From the NCBI GenBank assembly GCA_002269645.1, contig NIVC01000487.1, positions 62,001 to 126,000 of the forward strand: a stretch of 64,000 nt of DNA. Reading direction: 5' to 3'. Source of the stretch: Macrostomum lignano (taxonomy: Eukaryota). Of the stretch, positions 23,369 through 34,800 are shown in pieces (positions within the stretch are counted from its first letter, which is position 1; each line of letters opens with the position of its first letter). The notes under the pieces are model-generated. The model was not told the DNA's origin. It did not search any database and saw only the letters and a list, made by a program, of their open reading frames with translations. The position numbers were made by a program, and so were the translations under genes.

Positions 23369-26300
23369 TCAAGCCGCAACAGATGGCGGCGTGACAGCCT
23401 CCAATCGGTGCAGGGCCGCAGTAACGCTGTGCGGCAAATGCTGCGCTAGCGAGGCCCGGGTCAGCTGCAGCTGGCAAAAGTACTCCGGACTGGACCAGAC
23501 TGCGGCCAGAGCCGGACAGTTGGCCGACGAGGCTGCCTGGCTGTCACGCAGCTGGGCGTAGCGTCTGGCCGCAGGGCCGCGGGTTTCCACAAGGTGCAGC
23601 ATCCAGCCGGGGAACACGGCAACCGGCTGGCTGCTGTAAAAGCAGCTGTGCAGACTGGCCTGAGCCAGCAAGTCCGATGCCCGGCGCTGCGTCGCCGGGT
23701 CGGCATCGGCGGCCGCCGCGTTGCCATCGTCGCTAAGGAGACTGTTGTCATTGGCAACGCGGAATGCCCGTTTAGCCTGGCAGAGTAGGCTGTCTCCTGG
23801 CCGGGCCGATGCTGGGCTGTCCACCTCGGTGGCTGATGGCGGCGGAGCTGCCAGCGCCGCGGCAGGGGGGCCAGGCCCTTGTCTTGTCTTGTTATCCTTT
23901 TGTCGCCGGTAGGCGTGGATTACCCGAATGGTTACTCTCGTTCCCATCGGGTTTTTGACCTTGATATTGTTTAGGGAGGTGCTCTGGGTGGTCGGTCCAG
24001 AGCCACTCTGATAGGGGAAGGTTTGCCCCCGAAACATAGTTTTTACACTATGATCGAGGGCCTCTCCCCCCCCCCCCGGTTCTCTCTTTGCCGGCCGGAA
24101 GGCCGCCCGCTTGGCACCTCTTGACGGTGGAGAACCGTTGCACCAGCAACCGGGGCCAGGCCCGTCAACCGGGGATGCTTCGTCGTCGTCATCGCTGTAG
24201 CCGCGGCTCGGTATGCTGGCGTAGCCGGCGATTCTGGCGCCGACTCCGACGCTGCTGGCGCCGCTGGCGTCGCTACCGACGCTGCCAAGTGTCGCCAGTG
24301 AGGAGAGAAATTCGCGAAACTGCAAGCAATGCAAATCGTAAACTTAGATTAATTATACAAGCTGTTTAAAGAAAAAGTTGTCTGGGACAGATGTGCCTGG
24401 GAGAGATTATTTCGGACAGGTTTCTAGGACGGGTCATTTCGGACAGGTTTCTAGGACGGGTCATTTCGGACAGCTTTCTAGTACGGGTCATTTTGGACAG
24501 GTACATGTATCTAGGATGTATCTAGGTTGTTCTTTTCGGAAAGGTGATGAGGACAGGTTATTTAGGAGGTGTCTAGGAAGCTTATTTCGGACAGGTGTCG
24601 TAGACAGGTTGTTTTGGACAGGTGTCTTGGACAGGTGTCTAGGACATGTTATTTCGGACTGGGGTGTCTAAGGTTATTTTGGACAGGTGATAAGGACAGG
24701 TTGTTTCGGACAGGTTTCTAGGACGGGTCATTTTGGACAGAGCTGTCTAGAACAGGTTATTTCGGACAGGTGATAAGGACAGGTTGTTTCGGACAGAGGT
24801 TTCTAGGACAGGTTGTTTCGGACAGGTATCTAGGACAGGTTATTTCGGACAGATGTGTTTAGGACAGGTTGTTTCGGACAGGTATCTAGGACAGGTTATT
24901 TCGGACAGAGGTGTCTAGGACAGGTTGTTTCGGACAGGTATCTAGGACAGGTTATTTTGGACAGGTGCTTAGGACAGGTCATTTCGGACAGAGGCGTCTA
25001 GGATAGGTTATTTTGGACAGAGGCGTCTAGGACAGATTGTTTCGGACAGGTGATGAGGACAGGTTGTTTCGGAGATGTCTAGGACAGATTATTTCGGACA
25101 GAGGGTGTAGGACAGGTTATTTAGGAAGTGTCTAGTACAGGTCAATTAGGACAGGCTACTTAAAACAGTACTACACCTTAGGCTTGTCGCAGTTGTATAG
25201 CGCGCACAACAGTCTATCCTGAAAGTCGTTAATGTTAGTGATGTTCATGTGGCTGAATAGATCTTCGCCTAGACTGCAGCAGCACACGAATTGTTTGCAG
25301 TGCTCAGCGAACTCGGGCCTGTAATTACAGTGATGAAAATATGAATATATTGTACTATACCGGTATTTGAATCATACTGTACTCAGCGAAGGGAGGTACA
25401 TATATTCCTCGGTAAACAAAGATTGACGACAATATATAATGAGGAGATTAAATATTGGCCTGGGAAGTGAGGGGCGATTTGAGAACTCAGGAGACGGGAA
25501 ATGAAGCTAATTGAGAAGTGAGGGGGGCGATTTGAGAACTCGGGAGACGGGAAATGAAGCTTATCGGGAAGTGAGGGGGGGGCGATCTGAGAACTCAGGA
25601 GACGGGAAATGAGGCTAATTACAATGAAAACAGTACGCTATCACTCACGTGACAACCTGCAGCGGAGGGGAATAGCAGTAGCACACCAGACGAGGATATT
25701 TCCTACGCAGCAGGTAGCCTAGTAGAGCGGCTACACCGGCGCCAAGGCTGTGGCCGACAACTACCAGGCGATAGTCGGGATTCTCCTCCATGGCAGCCTG
25801 CAGCACGGACTCGGACACCTTGGCGTTGATAGCGCGGGCGCATTGCACTATGCCAGCGTGGGCTTGATAGGCCGGGGCGGCCTGGTCCACCTGCACCATG
25901 GCCACCTGCAGGTCCGTGAGGGCGTCCTGACCGGGTGGCGGAGCAGTGGGTTAGGGGGTCGTAAGAATTCTGAATTCATGTAGGAGAAGCAATATAAGTT
26001 AAAAGAGTGCGCTGATAGAACATCTGAAACAGATTAGCCTGACACTTAATCTCGCTAATCCATGTTAAGTAAAATTTGAGCTTTCAAATAGTGCTAGTAT
26101 TTCCATAGTTTAGATACTAAACAGAAGTTATGATAATTAAATTTATCATCTATATTTTGACTGTCTAAAATGTGACAACCGCGACGTTTCCAGGATCACT
26201 TCTGACCTTAAGGTTGTAGATTTCACGGTCGATGGTTAATAATATCCTGTGACCGTGCTTTGTGACTGTTAAATTTGATTAAATTTAGAATATGAAGTTT

Positions 26301-28786
26301 CAAGCTTGACTTTGATCAAGTCAAACTCATTTATTTGCTTATTAACACCGAAAAGGAAAGACTCGTTAATTTTGGATCCGTGAAAAGCTAGTTTACTTTT
26401 CACCTGAGATAGTATTTTGTGATGTTCAGCGAGAGTTGGCGTGCCGACAATGTCATCCTGGTACAAGGCAACACTTGGAATATCTCGCAGCAGTTTGTTC
26501 ATCACTTCCTGGAAAATCAGAGGGGCAGCGGAAATGCCATGCTGCATGTTTCGGAACGCGAAATGCATAGATAAAGTATACATAGATTCCACCCCTGCCC
26601 CCGCGGAGTGTCTAAATTGTGACCATCACTTTATTCACTGCGCTCCTATTGGCTGGGCCACGCTATGCACATTGAGTCCACGTGTGTACATTCCCCCAAC
26701 TCCGGAACACTTGCGTGTCGACTTCATTCTTGCTAAACTGTTGAAACTGGTAAGACATCCTTTCGTTCCGCGCATTAAAGTTATAAAGCTTTCTTGTGTG
26801 GAAGGGGTGAGGGAATGAAATCGAAGGGGTTGAAAGGAAGGCTTTCGCGCCAGCCAATGAGAGCACGGTGAGTTTTATGGTGGTCAAAGTTTGGACACGA
26901 GCGTGTGTACATTCTGGGCAGGGGTGGAATCTATGTATACTTTATCTATGGCGAAATGTCCTATGCGAGTTAAGATGCACGTTTGTCGCTGGCTCTCTTC
27001 TGACAACGCGATCTGTAAGTAGGCGTCTTTGAGATCAATCACGGGGTAGAAGTTCGAATCCGAGATATTCTGCAGTGTTTCCTTCAACTTAGGCAGCTTG
27101 TAGCGGTCAGCATCGAAGATCTTATTTAGCGTTACGGAGTAATCACCACAGATTCGACCAGGTCGAGCATTCGACCTTCCGACATTCTGGCTTAAGCACC
27201 GGAACGATCGAACAGGAGACGACGGTTTTGGCACCGGGTAAATGATTCCGGCTGCGATGAGTTTCTTAAGCTCCGTTTCAACTATGGAATTCATGGAAAA
27301 AAGTAGTGACCTGGCTGGATAGCACATGCTTTTCAAAGAAACATCTGGTTTGAGACGGAAGATGGCAATGAACCTTTTAGTGAAAGTTAACTATAGCGAC
27401 GGTATAAGCTGAAGAGGTCTGATGTAGTTCATTCCAAGTATGCTTAGAGTGTTAGGTTTGCCAACGAATATTTCACCAATCGCACTTCTGCTGTCATCGT
27501 CTTTCACCTCTCTACGTCTTTTATTACACTGAGCACAGAGGCCTGTATACCTCCATGCACAGGGACTTTTCTAGCGGATGAATGAATCTCCAAATCGGTT
27601 TTTAGAGCCAGATATCCAGGCAAGGCAGTGATCTGACTGCCTGAGTTCACGAAAATTCTACTCGTGAGTTTCCTACGTGGAAGTTCTTAATTAAACTATA
27701 GAGCCGTGGCGTTTTGAACGGACAATATGGAGCTAGTAGTTGAGGTGTAAAATCTGTGGTCTGTATTCTGTCGGTTGTAATTTAAGCACAGCGCACTGAC
27801 GGAATCGAAGTACGGCATGCTGAAGCAATGTGGCTCTGTTTGCCACACTGCTTGCACGTCGCTTGGCGAAACTTGCATGAGGATCGCAGATGTCCGGGTT
27901 TACCGCAAGAATAGCCTTGTTTATGTGGATTGAATTTGAACAGTGGCTTAGTAGAGGAAGCGGTCACCTTTGGACCTTGGACTTGCACTGGTTTGGTACT
28001 GTTCTGCTTCCTATGATGCGGAATTCGGACGGCGGCAATAGTGCGGGAAGATATGAGTACTGTTTCGGAGAGTAGTGCGTCACGAACGGCGTCTTCAAGT
28101 GTGAGCTAGTCCTTTTTTAGCAATTTCTGCCGTAATGCTTGATCCGCAAGTTCGAAGATAAATTGCGACAGAATAAAACTAAGAGTCTCCACAAGTAAAA
28201 ATGGCTGCAGAGCCGCAGGTAGCCAGGAACGCGGCCTTCGCGTCCTCATCGGTCCTCTTTGTAGCCGATAGGTAGCTGAACCTTTTGAAGTATTGATCGA
28301 CGTCGGGATATGACATTGGCATGTCGCCGAGCTTGCATTCTAGTGAAGCCGCCATTTGAGAAGTCAGGATTGAGCTTTCAAATGGGGTCAGCACTTACAT
28401 GCTGTTTTAATCATTGTCGTCGTGTTATAGGTTGGCTAAATGACCAACGAAGTATTTGTGCATTTTAGGAGATGGATTTATCAAGTCACGCTTATATATA
28501 CTTGCATAACAATAAAAACGCCAACTTGAAGGTCGGGGGTTGGATTTTCCACCAACTTGGAACAATTTGTGTCCTTGAGCAAGACACTTAATTTTGCATT
28601 ACTTCAGTTCACCCAGCTGTAAAATGGGTACCTTCAATAGCTGGGGTAATTGAGGGTGTGTGGCGACCCCCCAGTCCTTGGATTGAAAAGCCGTACGCAG
28701 CCTTCAGATGCGCCGCGCAATAGCTGCGGCTGAGCTGTCGGTTGCACATCTGCCCGCTAAGGCAGATGTAATCAATTACGCTCGTA

Positions 28787-28845
<59 letters not shown>

Positions 28846-31800
28846 ACAACAAAAAGGAAATGCCTTACAAATATATTGCGAAGAATAGTGTGCAACTGAA
28901 CGACGAGCTAACGCCCATAGGCATACAACTTAAAAGTCTATACACAACACCTGTGACCTTGCTTTGTAACCCCTAACTTTTTCTCTTGAATCTTATATAG
29001 ACCCAATTTATCAGCTCCGCCGCAAAGTTGAACACATCGACAGAGCATCACAGTTATATAGATCATCAACACTAAGCCAAGGGGACCTTAAAAACAGAAC
29101 CCTCATTTTGAGGTCACTGAAGCTGGTATCTAAAGCTCCTGGCTCTGGGTCTCTTTGCCCTGGTGTGGGTAGAGTTCCGCGCAGCTGCCAGCTGTCTAGC
29201 GGACCACAGTTTTTCCCGAGTAAAATCACTGTTTCAGTTTAAAATAGATAAATATGGAGAGTGCGTCAGCCTCAACCAAAGCTGCGACAATAAAGTTTGG
29301 ATTTTGGAACTCTCGCCGGTCGAAGCTTCCCGTGGCTTTTTTCAAGTGAAAAGTGTTTTGCTTGAAATTGGCAAAAAGCGACAGTATTGGCACTAATAGT
29401 ACAAGTGAGGACATTAATCTTCTACGACTGCTAATATGGTACTAAGTTATTGAAAATAGCCTTTATAAAATGGATACACCAAGTAGTTTAAAGACAGTCA
29501 GAGACAGGCATGCATAAGGTGATGTGGAGAAGTAGCGAGGCGATCGAGAAAGAGTAGGAAGAGATGGGGACAGGTGCGTCTACGAGATTTACCTCTTAAA
29601 GGGGCAACAACTACAAAATAGGCGCCAGCTACAGAGGGCGCCAGCTACGGAGGGGGCGCCAACTACGGAGGGGGCGACAGCTACGGAGGGGGCGCCAACT
29701 ACGGAGGGGGCGCCAACTACGGAGGGGGCGACAGCTACAGAGAGGGCGCCAGATACAAAGGGCGCCAGCTACAGAGGGGCGCCAGCTACGGAGGAAGCGC
29801 CAACTACGGAGGGGGCGACAGCTACAGAGGGGGCGCCAACTACAGAGGGGCGCCAGCTAAAGAGAGCGCGAGCTACAGAGGAGCGCCAGCTACAGAAGGT
29901 TGCCAGCTACAAAGGTTCAAGTAAGTAAGTAAGTAAGGTTCAATTATGACTGCTGCTGAATGCTGCGCAGCAACGAGCTGCTTGTCTGCGAGTGCGCAAT
30001 GACTAAACCTCTTCAGAAGATATTCAGGCGAAAAATCTCCCGCGGGTAAAGCTTGGTGGGCAAGTCTCGTGGCTACCAGAGGCATGAGAGAAAAAGAGAG
30101 GTAGAGGAAAGAGTACAGAGGAGTAGAGAAGAGGAACATAGGGGACATGCAAGGTGGTAAAAAAAGGTGCGATTGAAGCGCGCTATAAACCGACAAATTC
30201 GGCAAAAAGTCACGCGTCGGGGTTCCAAACAACAATGCTTCGGGCCGGACAATCAATATTTGCAAAGGGGATATATTGGTGCCGCTGCGAATTGTAAACA
30301 AGCCTAAAGACGTCGGATAGTAGCCAGAAAATTGCTTCTGGTCAAAAAAGCATGCTCAGGCTAGAGGGAAAGAAAGCAACTGCGCAGATAAGACTTATCT
30401 CTGCTAGGTACAAGAAGTGTCGGGAGGCTGGGCAAAGTGGCGACCACTCAGCTATTTAATAAAGCGGGTAAAGCCGACTCGCTTTCCAGATTAACATTCG
30501 TTGAACTGACGCGGTTTTTTACCTAAAGCAGGAGGCCGCACCATGAACTCAAGCGAATTTCTAGTAGCAAAAACTAAAGGTAAGTTCGACATTCTAAGGG
30601 GTTGATAGTGACATTAGCTAGAGACCGATTTACCAGAGTGAAGTGACAATAATATTATTTACCGACAAGCTGAGGGTGCCGCGCACGCCAAGCACTATGC
30701 ATTTCCGCTCGTCATCTCTGGCCAGGTAAAACGCAGCCTGATTAACTTCGGCCCTGAAGTCGTAATAGAGAATCTGGGCCTCGGTTAAGCCAGTCTGGTG
30801 AATAACGGCGGCCAGGTCGCAGCCCCAGATACCGGTGCGATTGGGCCGGCAACAGGAGCAGGGACTGCAAGGATGGGGAGAAAAGTTGTTTGAAATTACA
30901 ATTGCTGTGCTCAAATTAAGCAAAGCGAGCTAAATTTTATTCCTCAAATAAGACTTTTTAAAGTTCAAATTAACAGCCTTCAAAACTTTTTGAGGTATTC
31001 AATAATTAATTTTGGCAATATCAGGTCTACACATCTTCAATATTACGTATTTGTGATGTTCAATTCGTGTGCAGAAAAAATCCATATCAACGAAAGAAAT
31101 TTTAGTCGTTGGTAGCTCTCGTTATGCATGAGAGAAGCTTTTAATTGGTTTTGAAGAAAACGCACTAGAGCTGAGCTTGAAGAAGCAGTAAAAACAATTT
31201 TGTTATACCAAACAAATGTTTTGTATATTTTGTCTATAAAAATAGGAATAATTCATGAGCAACTTCGGGGGCACAGAGTGCAACAAAAGTAAAATTAGAA
31301 AGCACATTAATCCTCGTACGCCTTAAGCAGGGCAATATGATGGCTTTAAGCTATAAAAACTTCAAGCTGAGTTTGAGCCAACTCAATCTTGCATTAATAA
31401 CTTAGATAATCGGGTGGCCGAAAAATGGCCTGGTTACTGTTAGCTGTTTTGAACCATAAAATTTAATCATATTCGGTAATAAAAACGCATCGCCTGTGAT
31501 CCCCACCCACAGCAGCAAACCAAACAACCCCGGTCGTTCGCATGTCGAGTTTATGCCTCAATATTTGGTTAGGATTGAACTGCACGCTTGTGGTATTAGT
31601 TCTGTTAAGCAATAGCGCCATACTTCACGTGGTGCATCGGAACAGAAATCTGCACACTACAGCCTATGCATTCATTTGCAACTTGGCCGTTTGCGATATG
31701 TGCTATGGACTCGGCATTGCATTCTTCACCATCACCGTGTACTATCCAAGCCTGGCCGAAAGCTTTACAGCCTGCCGATTTGCACTTGTCGCATTCTACG

Positions 31801-34800
31801 GATCGATCGGCTTTGCCACTGTTGGTATAGCACTGATCTCTGTTGAGCGTTGCATCGCGATAAAATGTGCAATTCATTACAATCGACTGCTAACCAGAGG
31901 CCGAGTGGCCCTACTAATAGGAGCATCCCCAACTCTGTTCGTAGCCCTGGTGGCAGGAATTGTGTTTGGCTCAGCGAAAAAAATGACTCCTAATAGCGTC
32001 TGCGTGACGCGTGAGGTTCTACCAAGCTGGGCTATCGCACTGGCCTCCGCCTGCGTCATGGCGACACAACTAGCGTCAACGGCCTGTTACGTTGTAGTTT
32101 ACCTGGTGGCCAGGAAGCAACGAAATCGCATCAGTCAGGAGTTGAACTACCTAAGACGGTTAGCAGCAATGTCGGCACCTGCAGCTGCGCGTGGCAGAAG
32201 TTATAAACGTGAGATGTACCGTCGACAGAGCTGGAGATTAACCGTCACAGTTGGATTCGTCCTGCTAGTGTTCTACGCATTTTGGGCGCCAACCTGGCTT
32301 ATACAGCTGCTGCGTATCAAACATATTGACAATGAACTAACGCTAACGTTGGCTTACTTCAGCAGCAGCTACTCGACCATAAATAGCATAGCAAACATCT
32401 TCATTTACAGTTTCAAGACTAAAGAATTTCGCGAGTCGGCAAAGCGCACGTTTCTGGGCGTATTATTTAGCGACAGTCGGAAGAACAGTGACAAGAATAC
32501 GAATGGTTGGAGTCTAAGACGAGATACTGCGGCAGGTCTCACAACCGTCGGGCCGACAAGCTGGGCAGTGTTTGCTATTAGCTATGAAGCTGGCACGGCT
32601 GCCACCGCGGCTGCAGCAGCAGCCACTGCCCAAACCGAAGCGTGGCAATCAAGCGGACCAAGCTCTTCAAATGAGGTAGCCACCGGGGAGGCTACCGATA
32701 TGATTAAACTTGCACAAAAACCATTGGGCATTGGGGCTTGCAAAGCCAATTAACACCTCGACTTGTAATCCTTCAAGCCATTGCTAAAATGTGTTTCTAA
32801 TCTATGTTGCTTTATTAAGAGTTTATGAATGAGGTATTTTACTGCTAAATGAAAAGTTGAAACGCTTATCTCAAAATTCTTACTTTGTAATTGCTGGTAC
32901 TAATTACAAAAATTCACAACAAAGAACAAATTTTATAGCGTATCGTTTGCTTTGTGCATCAAATGTCTGACAAATAAGCAATCACGAGTAATTTCAACAC
33001 GTTTTTAGAGTCTAAATACACTTGTATCATGTTACAAGAACGTCTTAGATTCGTTTTCGGGGATAAAGGCCAGCTGTTGCTGACTGTCAAGCTGATAGGA
33101 AGGTGAAATTCAATAAGAGCATCTATTTTTGCTCCAGGATTGTCTTATGTATATTAAGACTCAGAGGGTAGACCCATTGCGCGCACGCGCTCGCAGAACA
33201 GGCAGAAGGGGCAGACAGCAGCAGCCTGAGGGGTCTTTCCTTGCCAAGCATTGGCTTGGAATGTTTTAAAAGCCAGGCGATACGATACGTATCTTTCCAG
33301 AGTTCGCTAAGTTGGCCAACTCAAAATGCCTTAATGTCAATCTACCGGTATTTTTTCGACAAGGCTTCAAATAGAACTCTCGTGCCCATTGTGTCACCAA
33401 GGAATAGAGGAGCTATTTGTTGACCACTTTTTGAGTCACTTTTTTAACGTGACGCTTGTTTATCTTCTGAACTCAATTCTTAAGCAGCTGTGAAATATAT
33501 ACCGTGTGGTAGGGGACAAAAATAGGCATCGATTGCCTATGGAAAATACCAGTCAGATAACAGATTTTATCCATTGCTTTGTTTTAGCTCAATGGTAGAT
33601 TTATCTAACGAGTTCTATATTAGCATCTGGATTCTGGAGTGGAAACGAGTTTTTCACTTTTACCTCATGCGGCCACGCAGTTTGTAAACCTCATTTAGTT
33701 TTTTTTCAAGTAGCATAGACAGTCTTTAGTCATAGACATTAAGTGCTGGCTTCATGCGGTAAAAATTAGTCATAGACTGTTAACGCACGAAGGAACCAAT
33801 CGATAGATAATTGATTTATGGGCGATGCGTTCTTCTTATTTTAGCCATAGACATAGATGGGTTGGAATTTACCGTAAGGCTAGGAGGGGGAAGAGAGCTT
33901 GACAGGAGATCTCACACGAAGCTAGAGTTTTACCATAGACTAAGACTATAAGAGATTGTAAGAGACGAGACGAGACAAGAAAGACAGGAGCCAAAAATGT
34001 CTCGAACCACTAGACTTATTGAACTCTCTAAATTTTCAAATGAAATCATTTCGGGTTAATTCGGATAAACTAGACTTATTGAACTCTCTAAATTTTCAAA
34101 TGAAATCATTTCGGGTTAATTCGGATAAACTAGACTTATTGAACTCTCTAAATTTTCAAATGAAATCATTTCGGGTTAATTCGGATAAACTAGACTTATT
34201 GAACTCTCTAAATTTTCAAATGAAATCATTTCGGGTTAATTCGGATAAACTAGACTTATTGAACTCTCTAAATTTTCAAATGAAATCATTTCGGGTTAAT
34301 TCGGATAAACTAGACTTATTGAACTCTCAAAATTTTCAAATGAAATCATTTCGGGTTAATTCGGATAAACTAGACTTATTGAACTCTCTAAATTTTCAAA
34401 TGAAATCATTTCGGGTTAATTCGGATAAACTAGACTTATTGAACTCTCTAAATTTTCAAATGAAATCATTTCGGGTTAATTCGGATAAACTAGACTTATT
34501 GAACTCTCTAAATTTTCAAATGAAATCATTTCGGGTTAATTCGGATAAACTAGACTTATTGAACTCTCTAAATTTTCAAATGAAATGATTTCGGGTCTTT
34601 TATGGCTACGGAGACCTCTCCAAGTTGGACCTCTTTCGAAAGTTTGTTTCTGCATATCCGGCCATGACCTGACCTGAAGGACCTGACAAGAGTTGCTTCA
34701 TCCAACGTGAACAATTTCCACGGACAGGTCAGTAACTGAAAACTTAGCAAGATCTGAACGACGCCACGTCCGTCAGGTGTGTGACACTAAGTATCATCCT

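Noticed and set aside
29011-29229. Short ORF with [11 protein letters not shown], faintly like F-box-associated repeats
   Set aside because: Too short, no supporting exons found, and the similarity is within chance.
22270-29905. Shared GGCGCCAGC core between the 22270 and 29625 arrays
   Set aside because: Periods differ (15 versus 18-19 bp) and no shared flanks were seen, so common origin is unsupported.
34019-34588. 189-aa ORF of 20-aa repeats, and possible CRISPR-like periodicity
   Set aside because: The units are contiguous with no unique spacers and no cas genes, the context is eukaryotic, and there is no ATG start.
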